Source of the DNA: Deltaproteobacteria bacterium
GTDB taxonomy: Bacteria > Desulfobacterota > Binatia > Binatales > Binataceae
Direction: 5' to 3'
Assembly (NCBI GenBank): GCA_021799495.1
Contig: JAJZAI010000011.1
Coordinates: 10,127 to 74,126, forward strand
DNA: 64,000 bases
Shown: positions 46,775 to 55,704 of the stretch, in pieces
Position numbering within the stretch: the first letter of the stretch is position 1
Layout of the letters: each line of letters begins with the position of its first letter
Translations under genes and position numbers: made by a program
The notes under the pieces: generated by a model
The model's input: the letters and a program-made list of their open reading frames with translations, nothing else
What the model was told of the DNA's origin: nothing
The model's database searches: none

Positions 46775-46798
46775 CCCGCATCGTCCGGGAATCCAAAA

Positions 46799-47203
46799 AT
46801 GAAAGCGAAATTCATCCATAATGCGCGCGCGCGCCGCGGCCTCGCGGTTTTTATCTTCGCGGTCCTCGCGTTCGCGCCGCGGCCGGCGGCGGCGCAGTTG
46901 ATTTGCGCCGGCGATTTGCCGCCGTACGGCGACGTGATCGTCGCCACCGGAACCTCGTCGATTTGCGGCGGCGCGTGCCGCGCCCGCCAGTTCGCATCGG
47001 TCCACGGCGACGTCATGATTATCTGCGCGCAACAGCCGATACCGCCGAATTATTCCCTGCAAAGCCTTACCACCAGTCCGTCCTGCCGATGCCTCGGCGA
47101 CGCGGATAACGCCTATGTGATCCGCGCCGATCCGGCCGCGCAATATCCGCGCTCGGCGACCTCCGGGGCCGGACAGGATCAACCATTTCAGATGGGCGAG
47201 TGA
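46799..47203 (+). CDS. small secreted Cys-rich hypothetical protein
   Basis: 134 aa with a signal peptide (GLAVFIFAVLAFAPRPAAAQ). The mature part has 7 Cys (LICAGD, SSICGGAC, IICAQQ, PSCRC). First ORF of the polysaccharide operon. Confidence 0.6.
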   Translation: MKAKFIHNARARRGLAVFIFAVLAFAPRPAAAQLICAGDLPPYGDVIVATGTSSICGGACRARQFASVHGDVMIICAQQPIPPNYSLQSLTTSPSCRCLGDADNAYVIRADPAAQYPRSATSGAGQDQPFQMGE

Positions 47204-47266
47204 GCGCCGCGCGGTGACGGGACTTTCCCGGCCCTCCGGCGCGCGCCTCGCGGAGACAGGCGAAAA

Positions 47267-49930
47267 ATGAGCATCGATCGAACAACCCGCGGCCGCCGCG
47301 CTCCGCTGCTATGGATGGTGGGCGTTGGCCTGATGATCGCGCTCGGCGCGGCGCCCGCGGCCGGGCAGGGCGTCGCGGCGAGTCCCGCGAGCGTGGCGCA
47401 GGCCGCCCAGCAGCTTGGCATTTCGCCGCAGCAGGCCGGGCAAATCGAAAGCCAGGCCGCGCAGGGCGGACTCAGCGGCGTGCAGTTCCAGCAGGCCTGC
47501 GCCACTGCCGCCGCCAAGCATCTGGGCCCCGGCGAAATTCAGGCGATGGGCGCCGCGATCGGCCTGTCCGCCGGTCAAATCGGCAAGCTGCAACAATGCG
47601 CGCAGGGCGGCGCGGGCGCCGCCGCGGCCACGCCGTCGGCGCCCGCGGGCGCCGCGCTGCAACCCCCGCCGGGGCAGTCGCAGCCGGCGTCGCTGATTGA
47701 AGATCGGTTTCATCAGCTGGCCACCCCCTATCAGTTCCTGTCCGGACCGCGCCTCTCGGCCCTGAAGCAATTCGGCTATGCGCTCTTTTCGTCGCCGGTC
47801 TCGACTTTCGCTCCGGTCGCCGACGTGCCGATCGGCGGCGACTATGTGCTCGGTCCCGGCGACGGCCTGAACGTGCTGGTGTGGGGCCGGATCAACCGCA
47901 CCATCGCGCTCCAGGTTCAGCGCGACGGCGACGTCCTGATGCCGGAAATCGGGCCGCTCGGCGTCGCCGGACTTACCTTCGACCAGGCCAAGCAGATGAT
48001 CGAGCGCCGCGCCGATCAGATCACCGGCGTGCATGTCGCGGTCACGATGGGGCAAATCCGCACGATCGAAGTTTTCGTCGTCGGCAAGGTCAATCATCCC
48101 GGCCTCTATCTGATCAGCGCGCTCTCGCACGTCTCGAACGCGCTGGTCGCGGCCGGGGGCGTCGGCAAGGTGGGCAGCCTGCGCAAGATCGAGTTGCGCC
48201 GCGACGGCCGCACGCTCGAAGTGATCGATCTTTACGATCTGCTGCTGCACGGCGACGCCTCCGCCGACGTCCGCCTCGAGTCGCGCGACGTGCTGTTCGT
48301 GCCGGTGATCGGGCCGGTGGTCGGAATCGCCGGCGACGTGAAAAATCCGGCGATCTACGAGCTCAGAGGTCCGCAGAGCCTCGCCGGCGCGCTGCGGATG
48401 GCGGGCGGGGTGAGCGCCTTCGGCTACGGCCAGCGGGTTCAGGTCGAACGGATCCAGGACCATGAACGGCGCGTCGCGCTCGATCTCGACCTCGGCGATC
48501 CGCGGGCGCGCGCGGCCCGGGTCGCGGACGGCGACCTGATCAAGGTCTTCCCGGTGTTGCCGGGCGAACGGAATATCGTCCGGCTGAGCGGCAACGTCAG
48601 CCGCCCCGGTCCGTACCAGTGGTATCCGGGGATGGAAGTCGCCGATCTGGTCCGGGAAGGGCAGGGCGTCGGCGATCATACCTTCTTCGGCTACGCGCTG
48701 TTGCGCCGCGTGACCGGCGCCACGCGCAAAACCGAATTCGTTCCGGTCGATCTCGGCGGCGCGCTGCGCGGCGACCCGCGCGCCAACCTGCTTGTGCGTC
48801 CCGGCGACGCGCTCACGATTTACAGCGAAAGCGAGCTGCACGAAACGCCGACCATCGTGGTGCGCGGCGAAGTCCGCAAACCCGGCGTCTATCCGCTGAC
48901 CGATTCGATGCGGGTCAGCGATCTGATCTACGCGGCGGGCGGATTGCGCGACGACGCGTACCGCCAGCAGGCCGAGATCGCGCGCACGCGGCTGGTCAAC
49001 GGCGCGCGCGCCGGCTTCAGCTATATTTCCGTCGATTTGCGCGGGGCGCTCGCGGGCGGACCCGGCGATTTGACGCTGGCGCGCGGCGACGAGCTCTTCG
49101 TCGCGCAGGCCTCCGGCTGGCATCAGCCGTACGAGGTGACGATCGACGGCGAGGTCGCCCGTCCCGGCCCCTACGTGATCCGCGGCGGCGAGCGGCTCGC
49201 GTCTTTGATCGAACGCGCCGGCGGACTCCGTCCCGACGCCTATCTGCCCGCCACCGTGTTCGTGCGCCAGTCGGTGCGGCAGGTCGAACAGGAGCGCCTT
49301 GACCAGAGCCGAGCGCGCCTCAAAGAGGAAATCGCGCGGCTCGGCCTCACTCCGCCCGCGCCCGGGCAGGGGCCGAACGCCAACAACGCCGCCGCGCTGG
49401 CCGCGATGCAACAGGCGCTCGCCAGCGCCGACAGCAGCCAGGCCGTCGGCCGCATCGTGATGCGCCTCACGACCCTGCAGGCCTTGTCCGGCGCGCCCGA
49501 CAATCTGCCGCTCGAAAATCGCGACCATATCGTGATTCCGCGGATGCCGTCGTCGGTCAATGTTCTGGGCCAGGTCTACAATCCGACCGCGATCGTCTAT
49601 CAGCCGGGCCTGACCGTCCGCGACTATCTGGCGAAAGCCGGCGGGCCGACCGACGGCGCCGACAAGGACCATATCTTCGTGATCGCCGCCGACGGCGCCG
49701 TGCTCACCGACGAAGGGATCAAGGAGCGCCGCACCAACGCGCTCTTTCCGCTGCTGCCGGCGATCGGCGGCGGCCTGATGGGCGCGCGGCTCGGTCCGGG
49801 CGACACGATCTATGTGCCCGAGCAGCTCGTCTACGTAAGCGGCCTGCAATACGCGACCGACATCACCCAGATTATCGCGAACAGCGCGATGGCGCTGGCG
49901 GTGATCGGAATTCTTGGCACGAGTATCTGA
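47267..49930 (+). CDS. polysaccharide export (OPX/Wza-like) protein with multiple SLBB domains
   Basis: 887 aa. Signal peptide, Poly_export motif (YVLGPGDGLNVLVWGR...DGDVLMPEIGPLGVAGLTFDQAK), several repeated SLBB-like units, and a C-terminal hydrophobic helix. Confidence 0.85.
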   Translation: MSIDRTTRGRRAPLLWMVGVGLMIALGAAPAAGQGVAASPASVAQAAQQLGISPQQAGQIESQAAQGGLSGVQFQQACATAAAKHLGPGEIQAMGAAIGLSAGQIGKLQQCAQGGAGAAAATPSAPAGAALQPPPGQSQPASLIEDRFHQLATPYQFLSGPRLSALKQFGYALFSSPVSTFAPVADVPIGGDYVLGPGDGLNVLVWGRINRTIALQVQRDGDVLMPEIGPLGVAGLTFDQAKQMIERRADQITGVHVAVTMGQIRTIEVFVVGKVNHPGLYLISALSHVSNALVAAGGVGKVGSLRKIELRRDGRTLEVIDLYDLLLHGDASADVRLESRDVLFVPVIGPVVGIAGDVKNPAIYELRGPQSLAGALRMAGGVSAFGYGQRVQVERIQDHERRVALDLDLGDPRARAARVADGDLIKVFPVLPGERNIVRLSGNVSRPGPYQWYPGMEVADLVREGQGVGDHTFFGYALLRRVTGATRKTEFVPVDLGGALRGDPRANLLVRPGDALTIYSESELHETPTIVVRGEVRKPGVYPLTDSMRVSDLIYAAGGLRDDAYRQQAEIARTRLVNGARAGFSYISVDLRGALAGGPGDLTLARGDELFVAQASGWHQPYEVTIDGEVARPGPYVIRGGERLASLIERAGGLRPDAYLPATVFVRQSVRQVEQERLDQSRARLKEEIARLGLTPPAPGQGPNANNAAALAAMQQALASADSSQAVGRIVMRLTTLQALSGAPDNLPLENRDHIVIPRMPSSVNVLGQVYNPTAIVYQPGLTVRDYLAKAGGPTDGADKDHIFVIAADGAVLTDEGIKERRTNALFPLLPAIGGGLMGARLGPGDTIYVPEQLVYVSGLQYATDITQIIANSAMALAVIGILGTSI

Positions 49931-49940
49931 GCGTCCGGCG

Positions 49941-50606
49941 ATGGGTTTGCGAAGCGTGGCGATAATCGCGGCGTGCGCGGCGCTCGCCGGCGCTCCGGCG
50001 CCGCTGGCGGCGCAGGCGCGGCCGGCTCCGGCGGCGCGTCTCGACCTGCGCGCGATGTTCGCCGCGGTGGGCCGGATGTACGCGATCGATCCGGACCTGC
50101 TGGCCGCGATCGCCGCGGCGGAATCGGGCGGACGCGCGGACGCGATCTCGCCCAAGGGCGCCGAGGGCCTGATGCAGTTGATGCCGGCGGCCGCGCGCCG
50201 CTATCGCGTGGACGATCCTTTCGATCCGGTCGAAAGCGCGCTCGGCGCGGCTCGGATGCTCGACGATTTGCGCCGGCATGGCGAGGCGGCGCGCGCGCTG
50301 CCGGATTTGCTCGCCGCCTACAACGCGGGCGCGGGCGCGGTCGATCGTTACCACGGCATTCCGCCCTATCCGGAGACCGAACGCTATGTCCGCGTGGTAA
50401 TCGAGCGTTTTCTGCTGAGCGCGCCCGTGGCCGGAAATTGGAGCGCGGCGGATCTGCCGCCGGGGCCGGTTTTCCGCCCGTTGCGCGGCGCGGCCCGCAT
50501 CGGCGCGCCGGCGCCACGAGCGGCCGGCGACGACGATCTGCTGATGCAGCTCGGGCGTATCCGCCGGGCGCGCGCGCGTGCGCGGCGCGATCGGAGCGCG
50601 GAGTGA
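49941..50606 (+). CDS. lytic transglycosylase (SLT domain) protein
   Basis: 221 aa from the ATG at 49941. Signal peptide plus the SLT motif AESGGRADAISPKGAEGLMQLMP...AYNAG. Confidence 0.85.
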   Translation: MGLRSVAIIAACAALAGAPAPLAAQARPAPAARLDLRAMFAAVGRMYAIDPDLLAAIAAAESGGRADAISPKGAEGLMQLMPAAARRYRVDDPFDPVESALGAARMLDDLRRHGEAARALPDLLAAYNAGAGAVDRYHGIPPYPETERYVRVVIERFLLSAPVAGNWSAADLPPGPVFRPLRGAARIGAPAPRAAGDDDLLMQLGRIRRARARARRDRSAE

Positions 50607-52300
50607 TGCGGCTGAATCGCGCGCGTGCGCTGGCGGCCGGATTGCTGGGCGGCGTGCTGATCTGCGCGCTGAGCGGCGCCGCCGGCGCCTCGACCTACGC
50701 CGTTTATATTCCGCTCGACAGTTCGATCTACAACGAACTCGAGACGTTGAACGGCCTCGGTTATCTCCAGACCTATCTGGACGAAATCAGGCCGATCAGC
50801 CGGGTCGAAGCGGCGCGCCTGACGCTCGAAGCCGCGCGCAATCTCGAACGGGCGCGCCGTTCCGATCCGCTCGCGCGCAGCCTGATCCGCACCCTGCGCG
50901 ATCAACTGAGCGTCGAGGTCGGATGGCTCGAAAACGACCAGGAAGACAACCCGCCCACGATGTTCCGTCCGGTGCAGAGAATCGAGGCGCAATACCTGTT
51001 CTCCCGCGGCAATCCGCGCCAGTGGCGCACCAGCGCGACCAATACTCCGAACGACGGCGGCATCAACGCGACCGAAGCGACGCCGCTGCTGCCCAACAAC
51101 GACGGCCTTCCGACCGCGCCGGGCAGCAACGAAATTGTGCGCTGGTCGGGATGGGGCGGCGTGGGCGGCTTTCTCGCGGGTTATGGCGAAGGCTCGATCG
51201 CCGGGCCGATGACCCGCCCGGTCAAGGGAGTCGAACGGCTGCAATTGCTCGGCACCGGCCTGGTCGCGAGCTTCGGCAACCTGGCGCTCTCGGCCGGCAC
51301 GGAAGAAATGTGGTGGGGAACGGGGCATTTCGCCGCGCTCTCGCAGAGCGACAACTCGTCGCCGTTTCCGGCGGTGCGCGTCCAGAATATCCATCCGATA
51401 CTGCTGCCAGGGATTTTCCGCTATCTCGGCCAGTTTCGTTACCAGCTTTTTTTCGGCCAGCTCGACGGCGAACGCTACGTCGCGCATCCGTGGATCGACG
51501 GCCAGATCCTCAGCTTCAAGCCGTTGCCGACCTTCGAATTCGGCTTCACCCATGCGATCATGTTCGGCGGCCTGCACAACAACAATTACAGCTTCCTGGG
51601 CTTTCTCGGCCGCGCGAGCGCGCTCGCGACCGGCAATCCGGTGGGCGCCAATACCAATTCGCGCGCCGGCATATATCTGAAATTCTACTTTCCGTCGCTG
51701 CGCAATCTCGAGGTCTATCAGGAGATTCTCGGCGAGGACAATCTGACCAAGGAATTGCCGCCGATCGGGCGTTTCCTGCCTTTTCTCGCCGTCTCGTACC
51801 AGGGCGGATTCTACTTGCCCCGGCTGACCAAAGACGGCATGACCGACCTGCGCTTCGAGTACGCGCTGCTCGAGCCCAACTATTCGACGCACGGCGATGC
51901 GCTCTACTGGACCTACGAGGGCCAATTGATGGGCGATGCGATGGGGCCGAACGCGACCGAAGTGGATATTCAGGCGGGCCGCTGGCTCGATCTGCGCGAC
52001 AAGCTGAGCGCGGACGTTTTCTATACCGAACAGCCGCCCGGATACGCTTCCGCCGTCGCCTATCCCTACGAGTTCTATCCCTATCCGCTGGGCAAGGAGC
52101 ATAGCGGCGGAGTGGCGTTCGATTTCCTGCGGCTGCCGCGGCCGATGCGCAAACTGGACGGCGGACTCGCGACGCTTCGCGCCCGCGGCGCGGTCGAATA
52201 CGTGCGCGACCTGAACTATCAGGCGGGCGTGAGTTCGGTGAGGTTCCTGCTGATGTGCTCGTTTTCGTTCACGCCGGGATGGACGGGATGGACGTGGTAG
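50606..52300 (+). CDS. capsule assembly Wzi-family outer membrane protein
   Basis: 564 aa from the ATG at 50606 (TGATG overlap with the SLT stop). Signal peptide, then YIPLDSSIYNELETLNGLGYL, characteristic of the Wzi N-terminus, and a beta-rich remainder. Confidence 0.75.
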   Translation: MRLNRARALAAGLLGGVLICALSGAAGASTYAVYIPLDSSIYNELETLNGLGYLQTYLDEIRPISRVEAARLTLEAARNLERARRSDPLARSLIRTLRDQLSVEVGWLENDQEDNPPTMFRPVQRIEAQYLFSRGNPRQWRTSATNTPNDGGINATEATPLLPNNDGLPTAPGSNEIVRWSGWGGVGGFLAGYGEGSIAGPMTRPVKGVERLQLLGTGLVASFGNLALSAGTEEMWWGTGHFAALSQSDNSSPFPAVRVQNIHPILLPGIFRYLGQFRYQLFFGQLDGERYVAHPWIDGQILSFKPLPTFEFGFTHAIMFGGLHNNNYSFLGFLGRASALATGNPVGANTNSRAGIYLKFYFPSLRNLEVYQEILGEDNLTKELPPIGRFLPFLAVSYQGGFYLPRLTKDGMTDLRFEYALLEPNYSTHGDALYWTYEGQLMGDAMGPNATEVDIQAGRWLDLRDKLSADVFYTEQPPGYASAVAYPYEFYPYPLGKEHSGGVAFDFLRLPRPMRKLDGGLATLRARGAVEYVRDLNYQAGVSSVRFLLMCSFSFTPGWTGWTW

Positions 52301-52349
52301 CGCGGAGACGCCGAATCGCGCCGGCGCCGGGCGCGCGAACAACCGCTGG

Positions 52350-53327
52350 ATGGAGCCTCTGATGGAGCCGATCGGCGCGCGCGAAAATCGTCTCGCCACC
52401 GCGTACGAACCGCCGGCGCAATTTCCCGCGCGGCGCGAGCCCGCCGAGGAATTCGTCGATCTGCGCGAATACTTCGCGGCGCTGGCGCGGCGCTGGCGCC
52501 TGCTCGCGGCGGCGGCGATCGGCGCGATGGCCGCGGCGGGGTTGTTCGCGCGGTTCGCGATGACCCGCTATTACCGGGCCGGAGCGATAATCCGGCCGAT
52601 CAACGCGTCGACGGTGCAGGGGCGGCTGTCGGGCTTGCTCGCCGGCGCCGGCGGCTTCGGCGGCCTGGCCGGCGGTTCGCTCAGCCCCTTCGCGAGCGAG
52701 GCGTCGAATCCGGCCAGCGAATATATGCCGGTCCTGCGCAGCTTCGATTTCACCACCGGCCTGATCGCCCGCCACGATCTGGCCCCGGAACTGCCGATCC
52801 GCGGCTGGGCGCCGTGGGCCGGCTCCGCCGCCGATCCGCGATGGGCGCGGTTTCGGTTGATGAAGCGGCGGTTCGATTGCGAATTTTCGCTCCGCACCGG
52901 CAACCTGACGCTTTACTACATGGCGCCCGACCCCGCGACGGCGCGGAGAGTCCTCGCTTTCTATATCGCGGATCTGCGCGAACGGCTGCGGCGCGAGCAG
53001 ATCCGCGACGCGGCGGAGGCGATCGATTCGCTGCGCGACGAGGTGCGCGAAACCGCCGACAATCTGTTGCAAACGCAACTCTCCGAACTGCTCGCGCGGC
53101 AGATTCAGCAGGAAAAACTCGCGCAGGTGCAGGCCGATTTCGCTTTCAAGGTGCTGGTGGCGCCGACCGCGCCCGACCGTCCGTACCGGCCGTTCGTGAT
53201 GCTCGATGCGTTGCTGGCCACAGCGGTCACGCTGCTGGTTTTGGCGGTCGCGATTCTGCTGCGCGAAGCCGGCGGCGACGCGGCGCGCGAGCGGAGCCGC
53301 GGCGGCCCGCACTCGAAACGAATATGA
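52350..53327 (+). CDS. Wzz-like chain-length determinant (PCP without kinase domain)
   Basis: 325 aa. N-terminal TM after FVDLREYFAALARRWRLL, a coiled-coil periplasmic region, and a C-terminal TM (FVMLDALLATAVTLLVLAVAILL). Confidence 0.7.
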   Translation: MEPLMEPIGARENRLATAYEPPAQFPARREPAEEFVDLREYFAALARRWRLLAAAAIGAMAAAGLFARFAMTRYYRAGAIIRPINASTVQGRLSGLLAGAGGFGGLAGGSLSPFASEASNPASEYMPVLRSFDFTTGLIARHDLAPELPIRGWAPWAGSAADPRWARFRLMKRRFDCEFSLRTGNLTLYYMAPDPATARRVLAFYIADLRERLRREQIRDAAEAIDSLRDEVRETADNLLQTQLSELLARQIQQEKLAQVQADFAFKVLVAPTAPDRPYRPFVMLDALLATAVTLLVLAVAILLREAGGDAARERSRGGPHSKRI

Positions 53328-53358
53328 CGACGCCGCTTGCTCGCGAAGGCGCCGGCTG

Positions 53359-54891
53359 ATGCGCGCGGATCGCGCGGCGCCGGCGGCGCCGGTCGGCCGC
53401 AATATCGCCGCCAGCTATCTGGCGCGCGCGGTCAACCTGATCGCGTTTCTCGCGCTGACCCCAATCATGACGCGCTGGCTCGGACTGCGCCGCTATGGCG
53501 AATGGCTGGTGATCGCAAGCATCCTGCCCTATTTGGCGCTGGCCGGGATAGGCATCGACCAGACCCTCGCCAACCGGGTCGCGGAAGCCGCTTCGACGGG
53601 CCGGCGCGATCGGATAAACGGACTGATCTCGACGGCGTTCGTCGCCTATTGCGCCTGCGCGGCGTGCGCGGCGTGGCTGTTATGGATCGGAACCGGCGTT
53701 CTGGCCAGGCTCGCGTTGCCCGAAGCGCCGGCCGACGTCGTACGGCCTTTGCTAATCGTGGGCCTGCTGTATTGTCTGGCGCTTCCATTCAACGCGTTCG
53801 CGATGGCTTTGCGCGGAATGGAACGGGTCGATCGCGAGCGCGGAGCCGCGGCATGGTCGAGTTTCAGCGGCGCGCTCGGGCTTGGCGCGGCGGCGATCGG
53901 CGGATACGGCCTGAGCGGACTGGCGGTCGTGCAGGGACTCGCGGCGGTCGGCCGGGGGCTGGTTGTGGCGCGCCGGGCTTGCGCCTTAAGTCGCGCCGCG
54001 GCGCCGCGCCTCGGCGCGTTCTCCGCGCGAATCTTGCGCGGCCTGATCCGGCCCAGTCTGGGCTTTTTTGCCCTGCAAATCGCGGGAATTATCGGCTTCG
54101 GCATCGACAACCTGGTGATCGGCCATACGCTCGGCCCGGCTATGGTCACGCGCTACGCCGTGCCTTATTTGCTGATCATGGGCGCCGAGGGGATGTTCGC
54201 GACCTTTCAGGCGGCGCTCGTCCCGACTATCGCCGCCAAATACGCCCGGCGCGATCGCTCCGGCCTGCGCCGCACGTTTTTGCTGTCGATGCGGCTGGGG
54301 CTGCTGTTCGCCAGCGCGGGCGCGATCGTTTTTCTGCTCGCCGGGCCGGGTCTGCTGCGGCTCTGGGCCGGCGCCGGCGTTTATCCCGGCGCGGCGGCGT
54401 ATGCGCTGCAGGTCGCGCTCTTTATTCTCCAGGTCACGCTGGAAACGCCGCACGCGATTCTGGTCGCGACCACCCGGCATTACGGCGCCGCCGCGATCCA
54501 TTGGCTCGACAGCGCGCTTAACCTCGCGCTGTCGCTGTGGTGGGTGCGCCGCTGGGGCGTCGCGGGCGTGATCGCGGGCACGGTGGCCGCGCGATTCGCC
54601 ACCAGCGCGTGGTATCTGTTCGCGGCGGCGATCGGCGTTCTGGATATCGCTTTCGCTCGCTTGATGCGCGACATGACGCGCGCGATCGCGCTGGCCGGCG
54701 CGGCCGGAATGGCGGCGCTGCTGCTCGGCGCGAAGCTTGCCGCCGGCGCGACCGTGGCGCGAGGTTTCCTCGGATGCGCGCTGGCGGCGGCGCTGGCGGC
54801 GGCATTCGCGGCCTATGCGATTTCGCGCGACGAGCGCCGCATGCTGGCCGGCGAGCTGCGGCGAATTCTCCGCAAACCAAAGTACGCATAA
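53359..54891 (+). CDS. oligosaccharide flippase (Wzx/MOP superfamily)
   Basis: 510 aa from the ATG at 53359. About 12-14 TM helices with an NIAASYLARAVNLIAFLALTPIMTRWLG N-terminus. Confidence 0.75.
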   Translation: MRADRAAPAAPVGRNIAASYLARAVNLIAFLALTPIMTRWLGLRRYGEWLVIASILPYLALAGIGIDQTLANRVAEAASTGRRDRINGLISTAFVAYCACAACAAWLLWIGTGVLARLALPEAPADVVRPLLIVGLLYCLALPFNAFAMALRGMERVDRERGAAAWSSFSGALGLGAAAIGGYGLSGLAVVQGLAAVGRGLVVARRACALSRAAAPRLGAFSARILRGLIRPSLGFFALQIAGIIGFGIDNLVIGHTLGPAMVTRYAVPYLLIMGAEGMFATFQAALVPTIAAKYARRDRSGLRRTFLLSMRLGLLFASAGAIVFLLAGPGLLRLWAGAGVYPGAAAYALQVALFILQVTLETPHAILVATTRHYGAAAIHWLDSALNLALSLWWVRRWGVAGVIAGTVAARFATSAWYLFAAAIGVLDIAFARLMRDMTRAIALAGAAGMAALLLGAKLAAGATVARGFLGCALAAALAAAFAAYAISRDERRMLAGELRRILRKPKYA

Positions 54892-55704
54892 ATGAACACG
54901 ACCGAAAATCGTTCGATCGGCGCCGCGCTGGCCGCGCGTCCATTGCGCGCGCTCGCCAAAGCCGTTCTGCCGCATCGCGTCGCCGTGGAAATCAGGGCGC
55001 GGCGCTACTGGCGGGCGCATCCGGAGGAATTGCGCTTGATTGGAATGCTGGCCGATCGCGATCGCGCGACGATCGAAATCGGCGCCGCGGACGGACTTTA
55101 TGCGTGGCTGCTGGCGCGCCTCTGCCGCCACCTTTACGCCTACGAGCCGAATCCGGATTTTTTCGCGATCTTGAGTGGATTGCGCCGCCGCAATCTCAGT
55201 TTGTTCCCATACGCGATTTCGGATCGCGAGGGCGCGATGGAATTGCGCATCCCGCGCGATCGCGGCGGCCGCGAACGTCCCCTGGAGGCGACCCTCGAAC
55301 CTCGTTTCGAAGGGAATTGCCGGACAATTTCGCTTTCAACGAAACCGCTCGACGCGCTCGAACATCCGCCGGTCGGCTTCATCAAAATTGACGTGGAAGG
55401 CCACGAAGCCGCGGTAATTCGTGGCGCGGCGCGCACGCTTGCGCGCTTCCGGCCGCGCCTGTGGATCGAAATCGAACAGCGCCATCTCGATTGCGATATT
55501 CGGGAGGTCTTCGCCTTTATCGGATCATTCGCTTACGAAGGCCTCTTTCTTTATCGGAAAGCGCTCGTTCCCATTAGCCAATTCGACGTGACTGAATATC
55601 AACTGGCGCTGCGTGATAATCCCGAATCTTCCCTGTATGTGAATAATTTCGCGTTCATCCCGAAGGAAGAAGGAACCGCCGCGATCGTCGCCGCCTGGCG
55701 ATGA
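54892..55704 (+). CDS. FkbM family methyltransferase
   Basis: 270 aa with IEIGAADGLY and FIKIDVEGHE motifs. The ATG directly follows the flippase TAA. Confidence 0.8.
   Translation: MNTTENRSIGAALAARPLRALAKAVLPHRVAVEIRARRYWRAHPEELRLIGMLADRDRATIEIGAADGLYAWLLARLCRHLYAYEPNPDFFAILSGLRRRNLSLFPYAISDREGAMELRIPRDRGGRERPLEATLEPRFEGNCRTISLSTKPLDALEHPPVGFIKIDVEGHEAAVIRGAARTLARFRPRLWIEIEQRHLDCDIREVFAFIGSFAYEGLFLYRKALVPISQFDVTEYQLALRDNPESSLYVNNFAFIPKEEGTAAIVAAWR

Noticed and set aside
47309-50155. 948-aa minus-strand ORF antisense to the OPX gene
   Set aside because: Same high-G+C shadow effect. The plus-strand product has clear Poly_export/SLBB motifs and a signal peptide, while the antisense product is low-complexity.
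49973-52300. 775-aa version of the Wzi ORF, and likewise the extended track starts of trpD (1794), the DUF2127-like gene (12265), the JAMM gene (21597) and the flippase gene (53206)
   Set aside because: The extensions overlap the preceding gene and encode low-complexity Arg-rich sequence. Internal ATGs that coincide with stop-start overlaps give family-typical N-termini.
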